DNA of 64,000 nucleotides, taken from positions 8,614 to 72,613 of the forward strand of contig DATCQV010000116.1 of NCBI GenBank assembly GCA_036569325.1, written 5' to 3'. The translations under genes were made by a program, and so were the position numbers. This stretch comes from Mucilaginibacter sp. GTDB lineage: Bacteria > Bacteroidota > Bacteroidia > Sphingobacteriales > Sphingobacteriaceae. Positions 29,657 through 39,449 of the stretch are shown here, piece by piece; within the stretch, counting starts at the first letter, position 1, and the number at the start of each line of letters is the position of its first letter. The notes beneath the pieces are model-generated. The model saw nothing but the letters and a program-made list of their open reading frames with translations, was not told where the DNA came from and searched no databases.

Positions 29657-30697
29657 ATGGAAAAACAACGCAAATTCTACCTCATCCTGCCGCTACTGGT
29701 GATACCCTTCCTGACGCTCGCATTCTGGGCGCTCGGCGGCGGGCGGACACCGCAGCAGCAAACTGCCGCGCGCGGCATCGACACCACGCTGCCGCAGGCA
29801 CAATTCAGCAAACAGGAAAAACACGATAAGCTATCGGTTTATCAGACCGTCCTGCGCGATTCGGTACATGATGGTGTCAGCCCATCTTTTTTGAAGGCGA
29901 TGGGGCTCAAAAATGCCGATTCCGCAAAAATCGCAACGGTCAATAACTGGCCTGATGCTGATCAAAGCGCGGCACATATCCAGGAAAAGTTAGCAGCTAT
30001 CAATAAACAACTGGCCCAGCAACAGGTACAACAAACGCAACCCCAGGTTTCGTCCTATGGCGCTGCAAATGACAATGAGCAAAGCATCAAAAAACTGCAG
30101 GCGATGAACAAAATGCTGAAAAGCAGCGAGCAGCAGGAAGACCCGCAAATGAAGCAGCTTAGTCAAATATTGACGCAGATACAGCAGATCCAAAATCCGC
30201 AGACCGTTAAAAAAGAAAAAAAACCCGAAGACAGTACACCGTTCAAAGCTATACCAGCAATTATTGACGGTAAGCAAAAAGTGATGGATGGGGGTGCGGT
30301 CAAATTGAAATTGACCGACTCGGTACAGCTTAAAGACCAATGGATACCCAAAGGCCAGGAAATCTTTGGTGTTTGTTCCGTAACCAACCAACGACTGCTT
30401 TTGACCATCCAGAATATTCGGCTGGACAAACAAATTATTCCGGTGAACTTAACCGTCTTCAGTTTAGATGGGATGCCCGGCATACCCGCACCCGAAGCCG
30501 AGATCGGCGGCGCGGCCTCGAGCGGTGCGAGCGACGCCGTGCAAAGCATGCAGTTCCTGAGTATGGACGCCAGTTTAGGCGCGCAAGCTGCGGCCGGTGG
30601 CGTGAATGCCGCTAAAGGCCTTTTCAGCAAAAAGGTCAAAAAGATCAAGGTCAAGCTCAAAGACGAATACCCGGTACTCTTAAAAATTAACCATTAA
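29657..30697 (+). CDS. traM: Conjugative transposon protein TraM (VirB10-like)
   Basis: LILPLLVIPFLTLAFWALGGG; SLDGMPGI; KGLFSKKVKKIKVKLK. Confidence 0.9.
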   Translation: MEKQRKFYLILPLLVIPFLTLAFWALGGGRTPQQQTAARGIDTTLPQAQFSKQEKHDKLSVYQTVLRDSVHDGVSPSFLKAMGLKNADSAKIATVNNWPDADQSAAHIQEKLAAINKQLAQQQVQQTQPQVSSYGAANDNEQSIKKLQAMNKMLKSSEQQEDPQMKQLSQILTQIQQIQNPQTVKKEKKPEDSTPFKAIPAIIDGKQKVMDGGAVKLKLTDSVQLKDQWIPKGQEIFGVCSVTNQRLLLTIQNIRLDKQIIPVNLTVFSLDGMPGIPAPEAEIGGAASSGASDAVQSMQFLSMDASLGAQAAAGGVNAAKGLFSKKVKKIKVKLKDEYPVLLKINH

Positions 30698-30701
30698 AGC
30701 C

Positions 30702-31730
30702 ATGACACTCAGACCCGTGAACCGCGTCCTGCTGACTTTTAAAACCTGGGACGAGAAAAAGAATGAATTGCAGCCGCATAGCCAGGCCGCTGACCAACGC
30801 ACGCTTGACTTGTTGCAATTACAGCATCTGCGCGAAGCCAAACATCGCCTCCGCGACAATGTGCGGCCCGACGAGCAGCCGTTTATGGCACTGCTGAATA
30901 ACCAAGTGCAGCGCCTGGAAAAAAAGCTTTATCCGAATCTGATTCAACGATTTTTAATGCAATTAAAGGATCGGCTGTTCGATGGCCCGGCTTATTTAAA
31001 GCAACAAGCAGATCAACGCGCTGCGAATATGGAAAACTTGAAACAACAGTTACAAGAGAAAGGCCTGAGCTCGGTAGCCGGTAAACTAGAAGACCATTTG
31101 AACCCTGACCATAAACAGGCATGCCTGCCGCTGGATTGCCTGTTGCGCGGAGGTAGAAGTTTGGAGTATGACCTGTGGTTTGAAAAGGATGAACAGGGCA
31201 ATTTCCAATTGACAAGGCTCGACGGTAGCCTTAAAGATAAAATTGAGCCCATCAAGTCCTACGAATTTGAATTCAAAGACTGGCCTGGCCTTCAGGCTAA
31301 TCAAGTCTTGAATTTGTTAGAGGGCCGCGCGTTAAAACAAGACTACGTTGATGCCACCGGTCGGGAAACTAGCCGCTGGGTCGAACTTGGCGCTAACGGT
31401 CCGCACCACTATGCCCCGCACAGTTATGACCACTACAATGCGATCGGGAACATCATGGAGATCACGGCCAACATGGATGATCTTTCTGACCTGCTGGAAT
31501 TGGGCCAACTGGTTCCTACGTATTGGAAGCGGGACGGACAACTTCAAGAAATCAGCGTACAGGCCGACCCAGGTAAAAACGGGTTGAAATTTTTCGATGC
31601 CAAAGGCAAGGAGGTGACCGAAGTGCAATTGAATCAACGGGCAGCACAAATGGCGAAATCAAAAAAGCCGGAACCACCCGCTCCAAAACAAACTTTAGGT
31701 AAGAAAAACGGTCACCGAGTACACGCATAA
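30702..31730 (+). CDS. ICE hypothetical protein (NLLEGR-motif family)
   Basis: 342-aa ORF directly after traM. Confidence 0.7.
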   Translation: MTLRPVNRVLLTFKTWDEKKNELQPHSQAADQRTLDLLQLQHLREAKHRLRDNVRPDEQPFMALLNNQVQRLEKKLYPNLIQRFLMQLKDRLFDGPAYLKQQADQRAANMENLKQQLQEKGLSSVAGKLEDHLNPDHKQACLPLDCLLRGGRSLEYDLWFEKDEQGNFQLTRLDGSLKDKIEPIKSYEFEFKDWPGLQANQVLNLLEGRALKQDYVDATGRETSRWVELGANGPHHYAPHSYDHYNAIGNIMEITANMDDLSDLLELGQLVPTYWKRDGQLQEISVQADPGKNGLKFFDAKGKEVTEVQLNQRAAQMAKSKKPEPPAPKQTLGKKNGHRVHA

Positions 31731-31733
31731 ATC

Positions 31734-33134
31734 ATGGACAAAGCCATCAATTTTTACGAGCTGAAGCAGGAACTAGCTGACCTCGGTTTTACCGACCCGC
31801 AGGTCATAGACGACCTGCGCAGCGCGGTTTTCCTCGAAAACGAAGAGCAGCGCATCGCAACGCAGGCATTTGACGTCGCCTTCGACCTCGACCTGATTCG
31901 TGATGAGCGCGGCCGCTTAACTTTCCTTGCTTATACCGGCAGTTTAGGCGCTGGTACGGATAACTGGCAACTACAAACTTTTCAGCCCAATGTCCACGCA
32001 GGTGCTGCCGCCGAACTCCTGCAAGCCCGCGCCACCCGGACAGTTGACACGGAAGACCTCAGTTTCATGCCGCTCGACCCTAAAGCTGTCCAGAAAGAAA
32101 TCAGAACGATCCACATGCAAAATATGACTATTACCCAGGAAACCGCCGAACAATTTGCCGGTTTCGTCGAAGAATCACTGACCTATGGCCAGCAATGGTT
32201 CACTTATGAACTGGAGGAAAACGGCCAGGTCAAAGCGGACAGCTGGTATGCCTTTTCAAAACGGCAAGCCGCTGACGAAGACGCCGAGATCATCCGGCCG
32301 TTTGCGCATTCGGCCAAAGCAGAAGATCTGCTACCTGAACTTTATCGCCATATCGATCAACAAACAACATCCATTTATTTACAAAAATCCAATACGATGA
32401 ACAACGAGAATTTAAGTTACCTGCAAAAGCAATTGCTGAACATGGGTTTCGGCGAGAAGCTGAATGAAGACCTGGAGAAGAACATCAAGGCCAAAGCGAC
32501 CGAGTTTGTACTGCCCACCACGCTGGAGTACAATCAGCAAAGCGTGGATTACAACCTGCATTTTAAGGCCGGGGAGCAAAATGACATGTACTTTTTTAAC
32601 AAGTACGATGCCAAGATGCCTGACAAAAACCTGGAGCATACGTTTTACATCAATCGAGGCAATGGTGTCACCGCAAAGGAGGCGTATAATTTATTGGAGG
32701 GCCGTTCGGTCCACAAGCAACTGGAGAACCTGGAGAACGAAAAGTACAATGCCTGGCTGATCATCGAGAACGGCAAGCTGCGCACCTTTAACGACAAATG
32801 GAACTACCACCCTGAAAAGGCCATCGATAAGATGGACATTGTCGGTATTGGTGAACCCGGTGCCAAAGAAAAGCTGATGAAGTCCCTTGAAAAAGGCAAC
32901 CGCCACCAGGTCACCGCCATGAAAAACGGTAAAGAGGTCAAGCTCTTTATTGAGGCCAACCCGGCCGAACATCGCGTGAACCTGACCAACTGGAAAGGGG
33001 AGGCCCAGCAACTCGAACACTATAAAAAGGCCGAGCTCAAACAGGATAAAAAACAAGCGGAAAAACCGGCTGAAAAACAAACCACTGATGACACAAAAAA
33101 AAAGCGCACGCGACAAGCTAAAGTGACGGTTTGA
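31734..33134 (+). CDS. ICE hypothetical protein (NLLEGR-motif family)
   Basis: C-terminal half MNNENLSYLQKQLLNMGFG...KEAYNLLEGRSVHK...SLEKGN. Confidence 0.75.
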   Translation: MDKAINFYELKQELADLGFTDPQVIDDLRSAVFLENEEQRIATQAFDVAFDLDLIRDERGRLTFLAYTGSLGAGTDNWQLQTFQPNVHAGAAAELLQARATRTVDTEDLSFMPLDPKAVQKEIRTIHMQNMTITQETAEQFAGFVEESLTYGQQWFTYELEENGQVKADSWYAFSKRQAADEDAEIIRPFAHSAKAEDLLPELYRHIDQQTTSIYLQKSNTMNNENLSYLQKQLLNMGFGEKLNEDLEKNIKAKATEFVLPTTLEYNQQSVDYNLHFKAGEQNDMYFFNKYDAKMPDKNLEHTFYINRGNGVTAKEAYNLLEGRSVHKQLENLENEKYNAWLIIENGKLRTFNDKWNYHPEKAIDKMDIVGIGEPGAKEKLMKSLEKGNRHQVTAMKNGKEVKLFIEANPAEHRVNLTNWKGEAQQLEHYKKAELKQDKKQAEKPAEKQTTDDTKKKRTRQAKVTV

Positions 33135-33142
33135 TAAAACAT

Positions 33143-33172
33143 AAAAGTCCCCGGCCCCGGTTGGGGATTTTT
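33143..33172. terminator. Bidirectional terminator between convergent genes
   Basis: AAAAGTCCCC-n10-GGGGATTTTT. Confidence 0.6.
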
Positions 33173-34409
33173 ATTGAAATAACTGGTCCAAAAAAAACTG
33201 GATCTCCTGTTGCGCCATATAGAACTTCCAGGCATGTTGCGTGGTACCGCTTTCATAAAATGGCGGATTTGGACGCGGCGGCGTCTTAAATTCTTTTTGA
33301 ATGATCAGCGATGAAGGGTCCGTATAACCCTTATGGGCAAGATCAGCCAGTACGCTCGGTATCACCTGTTCATTGAATACATTACAATTACAACCTAAAG
33401 AGGTTGAACCATAAACGCCGGCCAGTTTTATGTGTAAAAACTGTTTGCTGACTGCATAATCCTGGCGGTTATAGCCGATAACGACCTTATCGATATGGTT
33501 ATCCGCGGCATTGATCCTTCGCGGTCCCCGCTCGTTGAAATCCTGGAAAGTCTGCTCAGCCGGTACGGCGGGAGCAAGCACACCAATACGGATGCGTCCG
33601 GTCGGCGTAGGTGCCAGATTCAGGGCATTCAATTGCTCCTTATCCCATTCCGGCCAGACCAGGTCAAAGCCTTTCCATTTCGTAACCGTATTAAACAAAG
33701 CACCAAAAGCCAAACCGGCACCTAAACTGTGGGTGATCACAATTTCCGGAACTTGTACCCGTTGCTCTACGCCAGTCATCAATTTTCGAAAAGCGATGCT
33801 GATAAAGCGGGAATTCAGCAATGCCGGTTTCCAGATATCAATGACCTTGGTGCCATCGGTATCCCGCGCATTCATACTATCCCAATGAATTTCGACATAG
33901 ACCGGTTTCTTATCCGCAGCATAGTGCCGGTCGGTAATGATCTTGCGCATTTCCTTGTACTCCGGGTCTACACGAGTATCATTCAGCCCGTGCACCAGGT
34001 ACACCAGCCTTCCTGCTTGTTGCGCCTGCACCATATCGCTCACTTGTTTCACCGCCTGCTCCTCTAAACGGCCCTGCACTTCCTGGTAAGCCTCCGGGTC
34101 ATTCATGCCTGCGCTTGCATGATAAAATTCCCTTAAGGCTTTCATCGAAGCGGGATGTGTCAAAAAATACTGTTTCAGGCTGGCCTGCTTCTTGTCCTTG
34201 CTTTTTAAGCGGATATGGAGGTCGTTGGTATCGATCGGCACAGCGGTGCCGGGGTACAGGTCACCATAACGGTCAAAATAAACGCGGGTCACCGTAGCGG
34301 TATCGCTTACCGGGATCAATTGCCGGCCGCGTAGTCCCATATAGTAAACCTTGCAACCCGATAATAAAAACAAGACCATGATAAGGGCTAAAGGTTTGAC
34401 TATCTTCAT
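33171..34409 (-). CDS. Lipoprotein with alpha/beta-hydrolase-like motifs
   Basis: Lipobox LSGC; YLVHGLN; ITHSLG nucleophile-elbow-like motif. Confidence 0.7.
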   Translation of the reverse strand: MKIVKPLALIMVLFLLSGCKVYYMGLRGRQLIPVSDTATVTRVYFDRYGDLYPGTAVPIDTNDLHIRLKSKDKKQASLKQYFLTHPASMKALREFYHASAGMNDPEAYQEVQGRLEEQAVKQVSDMVQAQQAGRLVYLVHGLNDTRVDPEYKEMRKIITDRHYAADKKPVYVEIHWDSMNARDTDGTKVIDIWKPALLNSRFISIAFRKLMTGVEQRVQVPEIVITHSLGAGLAFGALFNTVTKWKGFDLVWPEWDKEQLNALNLAPTPTGRIRIGVLAPAVPAEQTFQDFNERGPRRINAADNHIDKVVIGYNRQDYAVSKQFLHIKLAGVYGSTSLGCNCNVFNEQVIPSVLADLAHKGYTDPSSLIIQKEFKTPPRPNPPFYESGTTQHAWKFYMAQQEIQFFLDQLFQ

Positions 34410-34466
34410 GTTACTAAGTTAACGGATATTCACTTAAATTTAACATGGCCGCCTTATCTTTGAATT

Positions 34467-35572
34467 GTGAAAAAGAAACTCAATTATATCTTAACTGCCG
34501 CGCTGGCACTGGTATTGATCTCCTGGGGTGGCGTGGGTCATAAGACCGTAGCGACTATCGCGGAGAACCACCTGAATGCCGAAGCCAAAACTTCTATCAA
34601 AGCTTTGTTGGGCGACCAAAGCATCGCCGATATCGCCTCCTGGGCCGACGAAGTGCGTAACACCCCCGAATACAAAAGTACCGGGCCTTTGCACTATGTC
34701 GACCTGCCGCTGGGCTATACCTACGACGAGTTCGCTGCCGAGGTCAAAAAACAAGGGGAAGGCAATGTCCATGGCGCGATCCTCAAATACGAGGCCGAAC
34801 TGCAAAGCAATACGACACCCAACGAAGAAAAGACCATCGCCTTAAAATTCTGGTGCATTTCATTGGTGACTGCCACCAGCCCATGCATGTCAGCAGAGCA
34901 GAAGATAAAGGAGGCAACGACATCAAAGTACAATTCAACGGCCGCAATACCAATTTACACAGCTTATGGGACAGCGGCCTGATCGGCAAGGAAGGCAAGA
35001 CCTTTGACCTGATGGCCAAGGACTATGATAACGCAACGAAAACCGATATCATCAAATGGACAGGCACCGACCCGATGACCTGGCTTTGGGAAAGCTATCA
35101 GTTCAGTACCAAAATTTATGGCGCCATCGCAAAGAACAATACCCTGGATGATGCGTACTATCAGGCAAATATCCCTATTATCCAGCAACGTATCGAAATG
35201 GCCGGCATCCGCTTAGCAGGCGAGCTCAACAAGATATTTTCACAATATCCGGTCAAAGGCGGTTTGACCCATATCGGCACCCCCATGTCAGCCAACATCG
35301 CTAAAGAGATCGACATCAAAGATGCGGCGCAGCATCTAAACGAATGGGTCAGTATTACGGCGCAAGCTTATAGTTCACGCAGTATAGGCGAAATGACTTT
35401 AGTTAATTTAGGCGCAGCTTATCCGAACCAATTGTTAACTATTGTCTTAAAAGAAGGTGCCGCGGCGCTCAAACTCGACGGCAAGAACATTACAGTCAAA
35501 GGTAAAGTCATCGAGTACAAAGGCAAGCCCGAGATCGAAGTGACCGACCCGGGGGAGTTGAAAATCAATTAA
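34467..35572 (+). pseudogene. S1/P1 nuclease with C-terminal OB-fold-like domain, frameshift near 34850
   Basis: WGGVGH, WADEVR, HYVD in the first frame; HFIGDCHQPMH, NLHSLWD, AGIRLA in the second; one added C restores KFLVHFIGD. Confidence 0.85.
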
Positions 35573-35793
35573 TTAAAATGGATATACGCGGTTAATGGCG
35601 TAATGGAAGTAAATGCCCGGCAGCGGACAATTTTGTTGTATTTGCCATCATAAAAAACCTCTGCGTAGAAGTTGGGATGGCTGTACAAAGCGACTTTCAA
35701 TTTGTTTTCAAAACGCACGTCAATAAATTTGCCCTGCATGGCAAAAGCTGCGCGTTCCTCATTGTTGAGGGCATTGAATTCGCGAAGGGTCAT
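35569..35793 (-). CDS. Small hypothetical protein
   Basis: MTLREFNALN...ALYSHPNFYAEVFYD pattern, familiar from small Bacteroidota proteins. Confidence 0.7.
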   Translation of the reverse strand: MTLREFNALNNEERAAFAMQGKFIDVRFENKLKVALYSHPNFYAEVFYDGKYNKIVRCRAFTSITPLTAYIHFN

Positions 35794-35908
35794 CAGGCTA
35801 AGCTACGATAATTCAGAAAATTGTAAGCGCTCTGCTTGTTTGTGCTAATATTTTTAGTAATGACGTTTGTAAATACGCCCATCAAACGTATCTTTGGCAC
35901 ACAGGATT

Positions 35909-36145
35909 ATGAACGAGCCATTTAATCTGCCGGTTACTTATAAAGGTGAAGAGCTGGAACTGAAAGCCCGGTTCGAGCGCTGGGGTTATACCCACCGCTT
36001 TGTCGTTCTTTTTGGCGAAACCACCGTGACCTTTGAACCTGATGATGAGGGGAATTACCGGGCTTTGGGTGAGGGACAAATCGAGATTGGCTTGCTGCAA
36101 ATGGTTGCCAGTAAACTGGCGGCGTTAAGCCGTTCAACGGTATGA
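35909..36145 (+). CDS. Small hypothetical protein
   Basis: FNLPVTYKGEEL...FEPDDEGNYRA; overlaps helicase start (ATGA). Confidence 0.7.
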   Translation: MNEPFNLPVTYKGEELELKARFERWGYTHRFVVLFGETTVTFEPDDEGNYRALGEGQIEIGLLQMVASKLAALSRSTV

Positions 36146-38089
36146 GCAATCCCACGCTGGAGCTGGCTTCGGCTTATGTAGAAAGCACCAACACTATTGT
36201 TTTTCTGACGGGGAAGGCGGGCACGGGAAAAACTACTTTTCTGCAAAACCTGCGGCAAACCTCCAAGAAGCGCTTGGCGGTGGTGGCGCCGACCGGCGTC
36301 GCGGCGATCAACGCGGGCGGGATGACGATCCATTCGTTTTTTCAACTGAGTTTTGCGCCGGCTGTCCCTGGGAGCCTTGGTCAGGACAGCTTTTACAGCG
36401 CGGAAAAACGCGAACTGTTACAAAACCTCGAATATTGGTGATCGACGAGATCAGTATGGTCCGGCCGGATGTTTTGGACCAGATTGACCTTATCCTACGA
36501 AATAGTAAAGGTTCAACGCACGCGTTCGGCGGCGTACAGTTGTTGTTGATCGGCGATTTGTCGCAATTAAGCCCGATCATCCGGGAGGATGAATGGAACA
36601 TCCTGCGACCACATTACGCGACGCCCTATTTTTTCAGCAGCCAGGCCTTGCAGAAAGCCCGCTATGTGCGCATCGAATTGGACCAAGTTTACCGTCAGAA
36701 AGAGCAAGCTTTCGTGGATATCCTCAATGAAGTGCGCAACCAACGCCTCAGCGAAATCAGCCTCGATCTGCTCAACGCCCGTTATATTCCGGATTTTAAA
36801 CCGGCAGAAGACGATCCTTATATTATGTTAACGACGCACAATGCGATCGCGCAGCAGATCAATGCCGAACGATTGGATGGGCTGGCCGGGAGTGTGTTCG
36901 AATTTACGGCGACCATCCGCGGCGATTTCCCCAAGGATGCCTATCCCACGGAAACCACGCTCAAACTAAAAATTGGCGCGCAGGTCATGTTCGTTAAGAA
37001 CGATAGCTCGGCCGAGAAGCGGTTTTACAACGGCAAGATCGGCACCGTCAGCCGCATCGAAGACCAGGTGGTTTATGTGGACGACTTAGCCGTCGAAACG
37101 GTCGAATGGACCAACGTCAGATACGAAGCCGCTGAAGAAGCCATCAAAGAAACCAACGCCGGCAGCTTTGCCCAGATCCCGCTCAAGCTGGCCTGGGCGA
37201 TCACCATCCACAAAAGCCAGGGGCTGACCTTTGACAAGGCCATCATCGATGTGTCTGAGTCTTTTGCGCATGGGCAGGCTTATGTGGCGCTGAGCCGCTG
37301 CCGCAGTTTGTCGGGGATGGTCTTGCGCAATCCCGTCAGCGCGCAAAATATCATCGGTGACCCGGCCGTCACGCGTTTAAACGAACAGGTGGAGGCGGTC
37401 AAGCCTGACCAGCAAACATTGGAACGCGACCGCGGGCAATACCAGCTGTTTTTATTGAGCGAGCTGTTCAACTTCGTGCCGCTGCAAAACCGGCTCAAAG
37501 GATTTGATCTGCTATTACCGGTCTCTCCAAGCGAAATTTTGGAGATCGCTGCCAGGTTCAACCGCAAGCTGGATTTGGAACGCAGCCAATCAGCAGCCAA
37601 CTATTTCTTGGGCAAACTGCGCGCCGCTACCGAAAACCTGCACCTGCAATTACCGGACCTGATCGGACAATCCAAAGACAAGGCCGCCAAAGCCGACCAG
37701 CTCATCCATTGGCTGATGAACCGCATCCGCTTACTCGAATATTTTGCCGTGAACCCCTTTACGACCGAAACGTACCTGGCACTGGCCAAAACAAAAATGA
37801 GCGTTAGCGAGCGCTCTTACCTCAAAGTATTGAACGCCGTCCCGAACGAAAAGCTTTACGAGCAAATCCTGGCCTGGCGGGAAACGCAGGCAGCAATGGA
37901 AAAAGTGATGCCCAGCATGGTGCTATCTGAGAAAACAACTGCCGCCATCGCCGAAAAACTGCCCGCGACCCTAAGGGCCTGAGTGCCATAAAAGGTGTCG
38001 GCCCGCAAAAAGCCCAGCAATACGGCCCAGCGCTTATTGGCCTGATCCGCTCATACCGGTCGGGCGATGAACAAGCGAGCTTATTTTAA
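36142..38089 (+). pseudogene. PIF1/RecD-like helicase with HRDC tail, frameshifts near 36432 and 37980
   Basis: GKAGTGKT, APTGVAA, VIDEISM, GDLSQL, TIHKSQG, YVALSR; tail SAIKGVGPQKAQQYG in another frame. Confidence 0.85.
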
Positions 38090-38288
38090 GGTCTTGCCGG
38101 ATTGCAACAGTTCCTGGGTGATGCTCCGGGTATAGGTTTTGATTTCTTCCTGAAAATCATTGACGGACGCGCCGCTGCGGATTTCTTCGAGCCGAAGTAG
38201 AAAAAATAGCCTTTACCGGGCGTTCGGTAACGTTCATTGACATATTAGCAACACAAACTTATTTTCATGAATTAGACATTTAAGGCGG

Positions 38289-39404
38289 TTAAAGATCAAG
38301 TACGATACGAGCGGTGGTATCACGCTTTTTCTGTTCGAGCAGCCGGGTGTAACGCTGGGTGGTTTTGACGTGGCGGTGGCCGAGCATTTTGGAAACGGTG
38401 TAGATGTCGGTGCCGTTATTTAATTGTAAAGTAGCGTAAGAGTGCCGCAAACAGCAAAAGGTGATGTGTTTATGGATGCCGGCTTTGGCTGGCCACTCGA
38501 CCAGAAAGTCCCTGATCTGGTTATAGTAAAGCCGTTTGAAAACACGTTCGCCCGTTTCGCCGGGTTGACCGAGCAGGTCGTAAGCTTGGTTAGCAATGGG
38601 CATGTGCTGGGTTTTTAAGGTTTTGAGTTGGCTGAACTGCAAATAGTATTCATCGCGGTTGCCACGGACTTCCTGCCAGGTCAACGCGTGGATATCACAA
38701 AAACGCAAGCCGGTTAATATACCAAATAGGGTAACGCGCTTACACAATTCATTATTGGTCGGCGTATTTAAAAGTTGTTTGATATCCGCCATCGTCAGAA
38801 ATTCGACCAGCGCTTCGCGCTCTTTCAGACCCGGGCTCAAGGCATAGAGGTCATCCGGTATCAGCTTTTCTCGCCAGGCTTGCTTCAGGGCATTGCGAAA
38901 TTTGTTGTAATAACTCAGGGCGCTGTTATGCCCGATCCCGGCACGCTTCTCCCGTAATTTTGGTCCACTGCGCAGATACGCTTTAAAGTCTTCGCATAGC
39001 GACAAATTGATGTCAATGAAGCGCAAATCCTGATTTTCTGTAAATTTTTCAAAATAGCGTACGCTGCTGTCCTAATTATGCCGGTTCATCCCGCGCTGGC
39101 GATTGGCCAGCTTACGGAAATAAGCGTTAAAACTTTGCAGGCGCTGATGGTCGGGCGTAAAGCCGAGCAATTGTGATTGCAAGTCTAACTGGCGCCGGGC
39201 GCGGACATTTTCGGCTAATTGCCAGGTTTCTTTATTGTGCAGTTTTTCCGCGTCGGTTTTGGGTTTATCATAGACAAAAAGTTTCAGGATCTCTTTGCGG
39301 CTTTTCCTGCCGGTCTTGGGATTGGTTAACGGCGGGTAATAATCAAAATAAAGCCGGGTACGGTTATTTCTTAGCGGGCGTTTTCTTAGGCTGACTTTTA
39401 TCGG
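38289..39404 (-). pseudogene. Tyrosine integrase with in-frame TAG at 39072-39074 and no ATG
   Basis: N-terminal IKVSLRKRP...LYFDYYPP in frame with TGLRFCD...LRHSYAT...LGH...TTQRY. Confidence 0.82.
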
Positions 39405-39449
39405 CCAATGATAAAAATCCTAAGCAAAAAAACCTCACCACCTGCCAAA

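Noticed and set aside
29521-29829. 102-aa ORF between traK and traM as a full gene
   Set aside because: Only the first ~45 codons (TM helix) look genuine; the rest overlaps traM out of frame, so extent is unsupported
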